Shown here piece after piece: positions 8,082-18,473 of a DNA stretch of 64,000 nt. The stretch covers positions 64,001 through 128,000 of the forward strand of contig JBEKSC010000003.1 in NCBI GenBank assembly GCA_049517415.1, written 5' to 3'. This DNA comes from Candidatus Bathyarchaeia archaeon (GTDB lineage Archaea; Thermoproteota; Bathyarchaeia; 40CM-2-53-6). Every line of letters begins with the position of its first letter. The stretch's first letter is position 1. The notes beneath the pieces were generated by a model. It saw only the letters and a program-made list of their open reading frames with translations, had not been told where the DNA came from and made no database searches. Both the position numbers and the translations under genes were made by a program.

Positions 8082-8429
8082 ATGCCAAGTATAGAGCCTT
8101 CGATTGAATACGCTGATTTTTCTAGAGTTGACATGAGGGTCGGTCGAATAGTCAGGGTTGAGGATTTTCCCACGGCCAAGAACCCATCGTATCGGATATG
8201 GGTCGACTTCGGAGAACTCGGCGTTAAGCAAACTTCCGCACAGTTAACGAGGTACACAAAGGAACAGCTCTTGAATAGTCTAGTGATAGCCGTGGTCAAC
8301 TTTCATCCTAAGCAAATTGCGAACTTCCTCAGCGAGGTTCTGATCCTGGGAGTTGATGACGAGCCAAAATCCGGCGTTGTCGTACTTCATCCGGAGAGCG
8401 ACGTTCCTCTTGGACGACGGGTCTACTAG
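8082..8429 (+). CDS. csaA: tRNA-binding OB-fold protein / CsaA chaperone
   Basis: DFSRVDMRVGRI, SAQLT, VVNFHPKQIANFLSEVLILG. ATG 8082 is preferred over 8061. Confidence 0.85.
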   Translation: MPSIEPSIEYADFSRVDMRVGRIVRVEDFPTAKNPSYRIWVDFGELGVKQTSAQLTRYTKEQLLNSLVIAVVNFHPKQIANFLSEVLILGVDDEPKSGVVVLHPESDVPLGRRVY

Positions 8430-8858
8430 TCATGCATTTCGTGGCTTGAGCAAGTTGGCTTAGCCGACTGCTTGGATTTGGCGCTGACAAAGATTCATTA
8501 GATTGCATTCGAAAGTTATGGGTGCGGCTTACGCCGTGTGGTTTGAATGCATCAGGAATCACCGCTTAAGGGTATGAACTCGGCCAGCGTCGGCCGATAA
8601 ACTCCCCTATTTTTTAGGGTCCGTCTTATCATCGGCTTGCGACTAAAAAGACGGTTCGCCTAGATTTTCATGGTTGCGAGTTTGGCTCCTGATTACGGGT
8701 ATTGGCATATTGGGCGGTTGTTATGTGCCGAGGATTATGTGCCATATTACCAGTATGACAGAAAGTGTGACGACGCCGAACAGGAAGCCGATCAATAGCA
8801 TTACGAACAGTGCTCTTTGACCGCCGATATTTCACCGTTGCATGTTAACCCACTGTGC

Positions 8859-10397
8859 CTATGGGTGGTCTTGTTCCTTCATAAGGTCCGCCCAAACTTT
8901 TGCGGGTCTCCAGTTGTAGACTACCGTCTTAAGTCGGGTCATTTCTTCTATGCTGTAGCCAATTCCTTCCCTGCCTATGCCTGAATCCTTGTTGCCACCG
9001 AACGGGTAGTAGCCGACACCATGTCGGGGCGCGGCGTTTATCGTAACCTCGCCCTCCTCTAGACGCTTCGCCACTTTTCTTGCGAGGTTGAGGTTATTAG
9101 TGAACACGCATGAATCTAATCCATACCTTGACTTGTTGGCAAGGTCAATAGCTTCATCCACATCCTTCACACGCGCGATCGGGATTACGGGACCGAAGGT
9201 TTCGTCCCACAGAATCCTAGCCTCTAACGGAACGCGATCCAGAACTGTCGGGTGATAGTAGTTTCCTTCATGTTTTCCTCCAGTTAGGATCTTGGCGCCC
9301 TTACCGATGGCGTCTAAGACGAGTCCGTGAACCCTTTCCACAGCACCATGATCAATCAGTGGTCCAATCTTGACGGACGGGTCCCGTGGGTCACCTACTT
9401 TGTATGTTCCAACTTCCTTCAGAACTTTCTCTACGAATACATCCCCGATTTCTTGCTCCACAAGAGCGCGAGACACAGCATCACATCGTTGACCACTATA
9501 ACTTAGCGACCCCTTCACAGTTTCAGTTACAGCGAGATCTATGTCTGCGTCCTTCAGAACGATGGCAGAACCTTTTCCTCCGAGTTCCATGTGTAACCTC
9601 TTCAAGCCGGCGACACGGGCTAGAGTTCTTCCCACTTCCGTGCTACCAGTGAACGTCAACATGCTAATCCTATCGTGACCTGCCAAATACTGGCCGACCT
9701 GTCCTCTGCCCGTAATCACGTTGAGCGTGCCCGCAGGTATACCAGCTAGCTCCAATATTCTTGCGAACATAAGGAAAGAAAGCGGATCCTTACTCGAAGT
9801 TTTCACCACAACTGAATTGCCTGCTAGAAGTGCGGGTATGACTTTAGTGGCGGTGATGTAGAGAGGGTAGTTGAAGGGTGAAATGGCTAAGACAACACCC
9901 AGCGGTTCCCTAAGCACGTCCGCCGACGTGCCCACAGTCTCCTCAGACCAATCCCCTGGTATATGTTCGCCGCGAATTTTTCCGTACTCATCCGGCGTTA
10001 GCTTCAATCGCTCAGCTGTTGCCTTTACCTCCCCTTCCGCATTAGAAATCGGTTTGCCAGCCTCCAGGGTCAGAACTCTGACGAAGTGGTCGATATTTTG
10101 AAGCAGTATTTCGCGTGCCTGTTGGAAGATTTCTATCTTCTTCACAGCCGGAATGGTCCTGATTCGGTTTCTGCTAATATAGGATGATTCGACGGCACGT
10201 TCGGCTTCCCGTTCTGACGCCGATGGAACAGTTGCTATCACACCGTCATCGATTGGGCTTCGAACCTCGATCCTTTGCGGTAGTTCCGCCCACTTGCCAT
10301 CCAAGTACATCCTGAAATCCATCATGCCCGAATTGGACATCGAATAAATGTGGTCGAAGACCGTGCCGAGTTTGACGAGTTTGCTCTTCATTTCCAT
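8859..10397 (-). CDS. gapN: Non-phosphorylating NAD(P)-dependent glyceraldehyde-3-phosphate dehydrogenase (archaeal GAPN-type ALDH)
   Basis: ALDH motifs PFNYP, FTGS, ELGGK, GQRC and ETFGP, plus the IPGDW...REPLGVV segment characteristic of archaeal GAPN. Confidence 0.85.
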   Translation of the reverse strand: MEMKSKLVKLGTVFDHIYSMSNSGMMDFRMYLDGKWAELPQRIEVRSPIDDGVIATVPSASEREAERAVESSYISRNRIRTIPAVKKIEIFQQAREILLQNIDHFVRVLTLEAGKPISNAEGEVKATAERLKLTPDEYGKIRGEHIPGDWSEETVGTSADVLREPLGVVLAISPFNYPLYITATKVIPALLAGNSVVVKTSSKDPLSFLMFARILELAGIPAGTLNVITGRGQVGQYLAGHDRISMLTFTGSTEVGRTLARVAGLKRLHMELGGKGSAIVLKDADIDLAVTETVKGSLSYSGQRCDAVSRALVEQEIGDVFVEKVLKEVGTYKVGDPRDPSVKIGPLIDHGAVERVHGLVLDAIGKGAKILTGGKHEGNYYHPTVLDRVPLEARILWDETFGPVIPIARVKDVDEAIDLANKSRYGLDSCVFTNNLNLARKVAKRLEEGEVTINAAPRHGVGYYPFGGNKDSGIGREGIGYSIEEMTRLKTVVYNWRPAKVWADLMKEQDHP

Positions 10398-10427
10398 AAG
10401 CTAGCTTCACCATTCCGTTGAGCCGCG

Positions 10428-10817
10428 CTAGTCGAGTACAGCTTCTGCTTCTATTTCCACAAGCATTTCCGGATTGATTAGCCCCTTTACTTCGACCAAG
10501 CTTGTGGTTGGTCGAATTTCCTTGAAGAATGTGCCGTGCGCTTTGCCAACCTCTTCCCACCGCTTCATATCGGTAACGTAGATTCTTGTGCGAACCACAT
10601 CTTCGAGTCGAGCACCTACACGTTCCAAAGCCCTTTGAATATTCTTCAAGGTTTGAACAGTTTGTGCTCCCGCGTCTCCGATTCCAACAATGTTACCCTG
10701 CGAGTCGGTTGCAGTGGTCCCTGAAACGTGAACCAGCTTTCCAACCTTCACAACTCTTGAGTAACCAACTATCGGTTCCCACTTTGTGCCAGATGAGATT
10801 TTCATACGTTCGTTCAA
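10428..10817 (-). CDS. RidA/YjgF family protein
   Basis: [30 protein letters not shown]. Confidence 0.9.
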   Translation of the reverse strand: MNERMKISSGTKWEPIVGYSRVVKVGKLVHVSGTTATDSQGNIVGIGDAGAQTVQTLKNIQRALERVGARLEDVVRTRIYVTDMKRWEEVGKAHGTFFKEIRPTTSLVEVKGLINPEMLVEIEAEAVLD

Positions 10818-10908
10818 GCGGGCTCACTAGAATATCTCAGCGCAGGTTCGTTCTATTAAGGAAGCTCAACGCGGGCACCCTTTGACTTAGAAGACCCAGG
10901 TGTAGTGG

Positions 10909-11772
10909 CTACGTCTTTTTCGCTGTGACAAAGGTTACTTTCCACTCAAACAGGAAGCGTCCGCCTCGGATAAACTGCGCCAACTCGTCCCTGAGCGCAC
11001 GCACTAGTTCCCGCTGCTTCCTAGCCCTCAGTTCCCTAAGCTCCTGTTTTAGGGGCGCCCTCTTGAACCGCATGTCCAAATATCCTTGAATTCCATCCAA
11101 TGTAATTCTGTAATTGCGAGTTTTGACTTCGGCTCTCTTGAAACCCACCATTTTAAGCGCACGAACTTGCTCATCAAAGTTCATTTCGCGGTTGCTGAAC
11201 CGCTCCAATGTTGCGAGCGCTGCCCTCTCGAGACTAAGCTCTTTTGAAGGGTTTCTCGTGCGGTACTGCTGCAAAGTTTCGCCAAAGATTCTATGCGCTT
11301 GAACATCCTTCAAACGCCAATCACTGTAGGCGAATGTCCCTCTATTCCTAAGCACTCGGTAAACTTCTGCAACTGTTTGACGAAACCCTACGGAGGAAAT
11401 TCCGCAGTTAGACACGGCCACGTCGAATATTTGGTTAGGAAACAGGAGCTTTTGTGCATCCATCAAGAAGAAACGTACGTTTCTGAGCCTCCTCGCTTCA
11501 GGCTCCGCTCTCCCAGCAGCTAACATTGACTCCATACGATCTATGCCAAAAACGAAGCCGCTCCATTTGACTCTGCGGGCCGCTTCGAACGCGGCCACAC
11601 CTGTCCCGGTGCCAATGTCCAGGACGAGTTGGCCTTGAGAGAGGCCCGAGTCAAAGATTAGATCCTTCGCAAATCTTCGGAATACTGGAACCCAATACCT
11701 TCGCCAAGCTCCGGCATCTTTCCCCCAGAGACTCATCACAATATGTTCCGCTTGTTCTAGATTCATGCTCAA
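10909..11772 (-). CDS. Class I SAM-dependent methyltransferase
   Basis: VLDIGTGTG motif I, GID, MDA..L.F. Confidence 0.85.
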   Translation of the reverse strand: MSMNLEQAEHIVMSLWGKDAGAWRRYWVPVFRRFAKDLIFDSGLSQGQLVLDIGTGTGVAAFEAARRVKWSGFVFGIDRMESMLAAGRAEPEARRLRNVRFFLMDAQKLLFPNQIFDVAVSNCGISSVGFRQTVAEVYRVLRNRGTFAYSDWRLKDVQAHRIFGETLQQYRTRNPSKELSLERAALATLERFSNREMNFDEQVRALKMVGFKRAEVKTRNYRITLDGIQGYLDMRFKRAPLKQELRELRARKQRELVRALRDELAQFIRGGRFLFEWKVTFVTAKKT

Positions 11773-11909
11773 AGGGCTCGACCTGGTCTGATTTCACTCT
11801 GCAAATGAAGTATTTCTAGCCTTGGTCATACAGAAAGGGTGTATGCGTTGCGATCAGAAAAACCATAAGAAAAAAGGACGGGGCTAGTTTCCTCGTCCAT
11901 TGATTCAGT

Positions 11910-12416
11910 CTAGTTGTAGCGGAAGCCTACTAAGTTAACGTGCCATAGTGCGCCGTATTCTCCCCGAAAGTCGCTGTAAATGGTCATGTAGGTGCCCTGT
12001 TGGGCCTGGGTAGTGTCTTGGCCGAAGAGTACGAAGTATCCATTTTCCCCGTCCGGTGCTGTGGCTGGTCCTTGATAGACTGAGGTTGCGGTGTTGCGGT
12101 TGTAATTTCCCCTCCAGTTGCCGACATCGAGTATGTAGGGCTTGTCCAAGACCTGGAAGCTGCCGGAGATTACTTTGAAGGCTATGTTGTTTGGGCCTGC
12201 AAAGGTCACTTGTACTTGGAGGTCTAGGTCGGCGGGTCCCGTTAGCCATTGTCCGTTAACCCATGCGCTTGCTTCGCCACGGATAGTGGTCACCGTGTAC
12301 TGGTTTCCGACCATCACATAGCCACCAGCTACAAGTGGGTCGGCGTAGACAGAGGTCGCGGCCAGCGTCAACAGGACGGCGCCCAGGATGACTGGGAGCA
12401 GATGGTTGGTTTGCAT
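11910..12416 (-). CDS. Secreted hypothetical protein
   Basis: Signal peptide ending VYA-D followed by a beta-rich body. Confidence 0.7.
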   Translation of the reverse strand: MQTNHLLPVILGAVLLTLAATSVYADPLVAGGYVMVGNQYTVTTIRGEASAWVNGQWLTGPADLDLQVQVTFAGPNNIAFKVISGSFQVLDKPYILDVGNWRGNYNRNTATSVYQGPATAPDGENGYFVLFGQDTTQAQQGTYMTIYSDFRGEYGALWHVNLVGFRYN

Positions 12417-12490
12417 TTTTCATCACTGGCCACCCGTTTAGCCTAGGGGATTTAAGGCGGTTCAGAAGGAATCATCTGGACGAATCATCA

Positions 12491-14134
12491 ATGAACCTCG
12501 AGTCGCGTGCAAGGCCTTGGCTAAACAGTTGGCCTAAGCGTGTGCCCCACTCACTTGACTACCCGAACCTCTCTCTAGGAGAACTTCTTCGAAGGACAGC
12601 CACAAGATCCACTGAAAAGCCTGCCATCTACTATAGCGGCAGCACAATCACCTACCGGGAACTTGATGCCTTGGCAGACAGCTTCGGCGCGGCTCTTCAA
12701 GCCCTTGGGGTCAAGAAGGGGGACCGAGTAGCACTTTACTTACCAAACTTACCCCAATTCGTTTTCGCTTACTACGGAGCGCTGCGGGTCGGCGCAATCA
12801 TCGTCACAGCAAGCCCACTCTACAAGGAGAAGGAACTCGCCCACATCCTAACAGACTCAGGCGCGAAAGTTCTCGTGTGCCTAGACAAGCTGTACTCATA
12901 CGTCCAACCAGTTAGGGAGAGGACACTTGTCAATCATGTCTTCACAACGAGCATCAGCGACTACGTCCCAGGTTCTCCAATGTCGCCTGCCTTCCCGAAC
13001 GCAGTGAATCTTCGCAAACTCCTCGCGGAATACGCAGGACAAACGAGGCCAGTAGAAATCAACCCAAGAAGTGACCTCGCCCTCCTACAGTACACGGGGG
13101 GAACAACAGGAGTACCGAAAGGCGCTATGCTGACTCACTACAACCTTGTGGCCAATGCGGTGCAGTTCGCTTCTTGGCTTGGGATGAGGTCTGGTGCAGA
13201 AGTTCACATGTCGGTTCTACCCTTCTTTCACATTTATGGGATGACCGTGGCAATGAATGTCCCGGTTCACACAGCTTCTCCAATGGTTCTCATCCCTGAC
13301 GGTCGGGACATCGGCGGCATCCTTCAGGCCATCGACACTTACAAACCCACGATCTTGTGTGGCGTACCGGCCACCTACATTGCCCTAATCAATCAACCCG
13401 AAACAAGGCAGCATGACCTCCATTCAATTCGCGTCTGCGTTTCAGGCGCCTCACCCCTCCCCATCCGCGTGCAAGGGGAATTCGAGAAATTAACAGGCGG
13501 GAGGCTTGTTGAAGGTTATGGGTTAACTGAAACAAGCCCCGTCACACACGTCAACCCCCTAGACGACCCCAGCAAGAACCGGCCTGGTTCAATCGGGATA
13601 CCAATCTCAGACACGCAAGCGAGAATTGTTGACTTAGAATTAGGCGCGAACGAGCTCGCCGCGGGGACGGTTGGGGAGTTAGTGGTTCGCGGGCCACAGG
13701 TCATGGCAGGTTACTGGAAGAACGATGAGGAAACCGGGGCGGTCCTCAGGGATGGTTGGTTCCATACTGGAGACATTGCGGTAATGGACCCTGATGGGTA
13801 TTTTCGTATCGTGGATCGGAAGAAGGATATGATCAACGTTTCTGGTTTGAAAGTCTGGCCTAGGGAAGTGGAGGAAGCTCTCTCCGAACATCCCGCCATC
13901 AAAGAAGCAACCGCAGTCCCCATGCCCGACTCTCAAAGCGGAGAAGCCGTGAAGGCGTTTGTGGTTTTGAAGGAGGAATTCAAAGGGAAGGTTGTAGCAT
14001 CGGATATTATCGCTTTCTGCAAGGATAAAATCGCCGACTACAAGGCGCCCAGGGTTGTTGAGTTCAGGGACGCACTCCCGAAGAGTTCTGTTGGCAAAAT
14101 TCTGAGAAGAGACCTTAGGGGACAGCCTTCGTAG
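12491..14134 (+). CDS. fadD: Long-chain fatty acid--CoA ligase
   Basis: YTGGTTGVPKG, EGYGLTE, GWFHTGD, DRKKDMI, LPKSSVGK. Confidence 0.9.
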   Translation: MNLESRARPWLNSWPKRVPHSLDYPNLSLGELLRRTATRSTEKPAIYYSGSTITYRELDALADSFGAALQALGVKKGDRVALYLPNLPQFVFAYYGALRVGAIIVTASPLYKEKELAHILTDSGAKVLVCLDKLYSYVQPVRERTLVNHVFTTSISDYVPGSPMSPAFPNAVNLRKLLAEYAGQTRPVEINPRSDLALLQYTGGTTGVPKGAMLTHYNLVANAVQFASWLGMRSGAEVHMSVLPFFHIYGMTVAMNVPVHTASPMVLIPDGRDIGGILQAIDTYKPTILCGVPATYIALINQPETRQHDLHSIRVCVSGASPLPIRVQGEFEKLTGGRLVEGYGLTETSPVTHVNPLDDPSKNRPGSIGIPISDTQARIVDLELGANELAAGTVGELVVRGPQVMAGYWKNDEETGAVLRDGWFHTGDIAVMDPDGYFRIVDRKKDMINVSGLKVWPREVEEALSEHPAIKEATAVPMPDSQSGEAVKAFVVLKEEFKGKVVASDIIAFCKDKIADYKAPRVVEFRDALPKSSVGKILRRDLRGQPS

Positions 14135-14209
14135 TACCATCAGAGTATGGAATTCGAACTAAACAGTTAAGAATTCGCTAACTTCGCAAGCTTCAACGTA
14201 ACTAAAACG

Positions 14210-16180
14210 GTGTTTGCATTGGCACTACGCGAAATTCTACCAACTACGGTAATGATATTTCCAGAGAACCGGAACAACATAAAAGTTCTCACGGACATTC
14301 ACACGAAAAGCATTCAAGATCCTGACGCGTTCTGGCGAAAGGCCGCCGACGAGCTATTTTGGTATGAGAAGAAGGGGAAGGCTTTTGACGAGATGGATCA
14401 GCCACCCTTTGGAAGATGGTTCCCCGAATGGAAGACCAACCTCTCCTACAACGCCTTGGACCGGCAGGTTGCCGGCGCGAGAAAGAAGAAAGTAGCCTAC
14501 TATTGGGAAGGCGAAAATGGGGAAAAGCGAACCCTAACCTACAATGACCTCTACGAGGAAGTAAACAAGCTCGCTTCAGCGCTGAAGAAACTTGGCGTCA
14601 AGAAAGGCGATAGGGTCACGATCTACCTTCCCATGATTCCCGAGCTTCCCATTAGCATGCTCGCGGTCACAAGGCTTGGGGCCATTCACACAGTAATCTT
14701 CGCCGGCTTCACAGCGCAATCCATCGCCAGCCGAATGATCGACTCCAAATCCAAAATGGTGATTACAGCAGACGGAGCCTTCAGGAAAGGGAAAACCCTC
14801 GACCTGAAACCCATTGTTGATGAAGCCATCAAACAATCGAGCGGAATTGAGAAAGTCATCGTGGTGAAGAGGGCAAAGAATCAGATACCGATGGTGAGCG
14901 GGCGCGACATTTGGTACCACGACCTGATTGCTTCCGCCGCGAAGTACGTTGAGCCCGAACCTGTGGAGGGTACGCATCCAAGTTTCATCTTGTACACTTC
15001 AGGAACCACGGGAAAGCCGAAGGGATGCACCCACAGCACCGGTGGCTACATGACTTGGGCGCACTACACGCAGAAAGCCGTTTTCGACGTCAAGGAGGAT
15101 GACGTGTACTGGTGCACCGCTGACATTGGCTGGATAACAGGGCACACATACATCGTATACGGTCCACTGATAACTGGCGTTACTTCTCTAATGTACGAAG
15201 GCGCGCCTGATTACCCTCAACCCGACCGATGGTGGGACCTGGTCGAAAAATACCATGTCACAATCATCTATACGAGCCCCACAGCTATCAGAATGCACAT
15301 GAAGTTTGGTGAGCAGTGGGCCCAGAAACACAAGCTGACATCGCTCAGGCTGCTCGGAACGGTGGGAGAACCCATCAACCCTGAAGCGTGGAGATGGTAC
15401 TTCAAGAACATAGGCCGCGAGAAATGCCAGATCGTAGATACTTGGTGGCAAACGGAAACGGGCGGAATCCTAATCAGCCCACAACCGGGCATCGTCCCAA
15501 TTCCACTAAAAGCCGGCTCCGCTACCCTCCCCATCGCGGGAGTTGACGCTGACGTCTACGGAGAGAATGGCGAACCCGTGAAGGTTGGCGAGAAAGGATA
15601 CATGGTCATTAAACGGCCCTGGCCGGGCCAGTTCATGACCTTATGGAACGATCCCGAAAAGTTCAAGCAGGTATACTTCACACGGTTCCCTGGAATCTAC
15701 AACGCAGGCGACTATGCCCTAAGGGACGACGACGGTTACTTCTGGCTACTTGGACGGGCGGACGAGGTGTTGAAGGTTGCAGGCCACAGAATTGGAACCA
15801 TCGAACTAGAAGACAGCCTCATCTCGCACCCAGCTGTCGCGGAATCAGCCGTAATTGGGAAGGCTGACCCGATCAAAATGGAAGTACCAGTCGCATTCGT
15901 AGTTCTGAAACCCGGCTTCGACCCCACACCAGAACTCAAGAAAGAACTAGCGAACCACGTGAGAACAACCATCGGCCCAATAGCAGTCCCAGAAGCAATC
16001 TACTTCGTCGCCAAACTCCCGAAGACTCGCAGTGCAAAAATTATGAGACGGGTTGTGCGCGCAGTCGTTGAAGGGAGACCCATCGGCGACGTCACAACGC
16101 TTGAAGACGAAACAAGCGTCGAAGAGATGAAGAACGCGTACAGCGAGCTTCAAGCCGAAATGGCGAGAACGGGTAAGTAG
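14210..16180 (+). CDS. acs: AMP-forming acetyl-CoA synthetase
   Basis: YTSGTTGKPKG, CTADIGWITGH, VGEPINPEAW, DTWWQTETGG, PKTRSAKIMRR. Confidence 0.95.
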   Translation: MFALALREILPTTVMIFPENRNNIKVLTDIHTKSIQDPDAFWRKAADELFWYEKKGKAFDEMDQPPFGRWFPEWKTNLSYNALDRQVAGARKKKVAYYWEGENGEKRTLTYNDLYEEVNKLASALKKLGVKKGDRVTIYLPMIPELPISMLAVTRLGAIHTVIFAGFTAQSIASRMIDSKSKMVITADGAFRKGKTLDLKPIVDEAIKQSSGIEKVIVVKRAKNQIPMVSGRDIWYHDLIASAAKYVEPEPVEGTHPSFILYTSGTTGKPKGCTHSTGGYMTWAHYTQKAVFDVKEDDVYWCTADIGWITGHTYIVYGPLITGVTSLMYEGAPDYPQPDRWWDLVEKYHVTIIYTSPTAIRMHMKFGEQWAQKHKLTSLRLLGTVGEPINPEAWRWYFKNIGREKCQIVDTWWQTETGGILISPQPGIVPIPLKAGSATLPIAGVDADVYGENGEPVKVGEKGYMVIKRPWPGQFMTLWNDPEKFKQVYFTRFPGIYNAGDYALRDDDGYFWLLGRADEVLKVAGHRIGTIELEDSLISHPAVAESAVIGKADPIKMEVPVAFVVLKPGFDPTPELKKELANHVRTTIGPIAVPEAIYFVAKLPKTRSAKIMRRVVRAVVEGRPIGDVTTLEDETSVEEMKNAYSELQAEMARTGK

Positions 16181-16194
16181 GCAGGGGATCTGAG

Positions 16195-16767
16195 ATGAGT
16201 TCAAAAGTATCAGCGTTTGCGAATCCTGCGCCACTTGGTTTAATGGGCTTTGGAATGACGACGGTCCTGCTCAATCTCCACAACATGGGCTTCTTCGGAA
16301 TCAACAACATCGTGGTGGCGATGGGGATCTTTTACGGCGGCCTCGCGCAGATGGTGGCAGGTGCGATGGAATTCCGGAAGGGAAACACCTTTGGAACCTT
16401 AGCCTTCACTTCCTATGGTGCTTTCTGGTTGACGCTCGTCTTCATCATAATCTCCGGCGCTGAACTGCCGCTCTTAGCACCAGACAACGCTGCCTGGGCA
16501 GCGTACTTATTCCTGTGGGGCCTCTTCACATTGGGCATGTTCTTCGGAACCCTCAAAACCAACCGCGCTCTCCAGACAGTATTCCTTTCGCTCGCAATAC
16601 TCTTCTTCCTACTCACTGCAGCACAGGCAATCCCACAGCTTGGCCCAATCGCTGGGATCGAAGGAGTCTTCTGCGGCTTCAGCGCATTCTACCTATCACT
16701 CGCAGAAGTTCTGAACGAATCCCACAACCGTACAGTCCTACCAATTGGACCCATGAAATCCGCCTGA
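16195..16767 (+). CDS. satP: Acetate uptake transporter (GPR1/FUN34/YaaH family)
   Basis: NPAPLGLMGFG signature, GNTFG..AF.SYG.FW. Confidence 0.95.
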   Translation: MSSKVSAFANPAPLGLMGFGMTTVLLNLHNMGFFGINNIVVAMGIFYGGLAQMVAGAMEFRKGNTFGTLAFTSYGAFWLTLVFIIISGAELPLLAPDNAAWAAYLFLWGLFTLGMFFGTLKTNRALQTVFLSLAILFFLLTAAQAIPQLGPIAGIEGVFCGFSAFYLSLAEVLNESHNRTVLPIGPMKSA

Positions 16768-17108
16768 GTTCTGCATAGGCGAAAAAAGACACGAAAAAAG
16801 CGTAAGCCTACTCACTTCCCATAGCCAATTACAGCTCGCTATGAAAACTCAATACATTCGAGCCCGCAAGCGTCTCGTTGAATCCCAAGCCTGAAACTTA
16901 GCCGCTTTGACTAGGCACATCGGTCGCTCACTTGTTAGTTCGAGTTACCTTGCACATTTGTTTGGCAAATAGCGCTACTTACTGCATTCGTTTCGCGCCT
17001 GAGTTTCCCATGAAAGAAGGCGCTATATGTAGAAGTATATGCTACATGTGCATGATAATTAAAAGACGACATTTCTATTTGCGAACCTTACTTAGGAGTT
17101 GAAGAAGT

Positions 17109-18458
17109 CTGCAAACGCTTACGAAAGAACAGCTTCTCGAGAAAGCGAAGAAGCCAGCACAAGACGCGATGAAACTCCACCCATTCTACCGCGGAAAGAT
17201 GGAGATCGTGCCAAAATGTTGCATTCGTGATTTCAATGACTTCGCTATATGGTATACACCAGGCGTCGCTGACCCTTGCAGGGCTATACAAAAGGACGAG
17301 AAGCTCGTTTATGAATATACGAACAAGTGGAATATGATTGCGATAGTTACTGATGGGACTCGTGTTCTGGGCCTAGGCGACATTGGGCCCAAGGCCGGGC
17401 TCCCCGTCATGGAAGGCAAGTCGATTCTCTTCAAATACCTCGGAGGCGTTGACGCCGTTCCAATCTGCCTAGGAACGAAGGACCCCGACGAGATCATAAC
17501 GGCTGTGAAATGGCTCCAGCCCTCCTTCGGCGGCGTCAACCTCGAAGACATCTCCCAACCCAAATGCTTCCGCATCCTCGACACACTCAGAGCCACAGCC
17601 GAGATTCCAGTTTGGCACGATGACCAGCAGGGAACAGCAACAATCGTCCTGGCCGGCTTGATCAATGCTCTCGAATTCGTTGGGAAGAAAGCTAGCGATG
17701 TAGCGGTTACGATGGTGGGGGCAGGCGCCTCGAACGTTGCATGTAGCCGGCTGATGTTTGCCTACGGCATAAAACCAGAGAATACATTGGTCGTTGACAC
17801 GAAAGGCATCCTCAACGAGAGTAGGCAGGATCTTTCAATGCGTAAGGCCGAGTATGTTGACAAGTGGCGGCTTTGCCAAACCACGAACAAGGACCAGCGA
17901 TCAGGCGGGGTACCTGAAGCCATGAAGGGCTCCGATGTTTGCATTGCCCTCTCCAAACCGGGGCCTGATACAATCAAGAAGGAATGGGTTGCATCAATGG
18001 CCAAGGACGCCATTCTCTTTGCGTGCGCTAATCCAATCCCTGAAATTTGGCCGTGGGAAGCGAAAGAGGCTGGGGCTCGCGTAGTCGCAACTGGTAGGTC
18101 CGACTTTCCTAACCAAGTCAACAATTCCCTCGGCTTTCCAGGGATCTTCCGCGGAGCACTTGACGTTCGCGCTAGGACCATCACGGATGAGATGTGCATC
18201 GCCGCAGCTAACGAGCTTGCAAAATGCGCACGTGAGAAGGGCCTCAGCGAAGACTACATCGCCCCAACAATGGACGAATGGGAAGTCTATCCAAGAGAAG
18301 CCGTCGCAGTCGCTCTCAAAGCGCAAGAAGTCGGAGTGGCCGGCCTGAAGTTGACAAGAACGCAACTATTCGAACAAGCAACGAGTATCATCAAAAGGTC
18401 AAGGGACATGACACAGACATCCATGAAACTAGGCTACATCCGGAAGGCGCCGGATTAG
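17109..18458 (+). CDS. NAD(P)-dependent malic enzyme; probable CTG start at 17109 (first ATG is 17169)
   Basis: YTPGVA, DGTRVLGLGDIG, EGK, LEDI, HDDQQGT, GAGA, NPIPEI, GRSDFPNQVNN. Confidence 0.92.
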   Translation: MQTLTKEQLLEKAKKPAQDAMKLHPFYRGKMEIVPKCCIRDFNDFAIWYTPGVADPCRAIQKDEKLVYEYTNKWNMIAIVTDGTRVLGLGDIGPKAGLPVMEGKSILFKYLGGVDAVPICLGTKDPDEIITAVKWLQPSFGGVNLEDISQPKCFRILDTLRATAEIPVWHDDQQGTATIVLAGLINALEFVGKKASDVAVTMVGAGASNVACSRLMFAYGIKPENTLVVDTKGILNESRQDLSMRKAEYVDKWRLCQTTNKDQRSGGVPEAMKGSDVCIALSKPGPDTIKKEWVASMAKDAILFACANPIPEIWPWEAKEAGARVVATGRSDFPNQVNNSLGFPGIFRGALDVRARTITDEMCIAAANELAKCAREKGLSEDYIAPTMDEWEVYPREAVAVALKAQEVGVAGLKLTRTQLFEQATSIIKRSRDMTQTSMKLGYIRKAPD

Positions 18459-18473
18459 CGGAGGGGAATTGAT

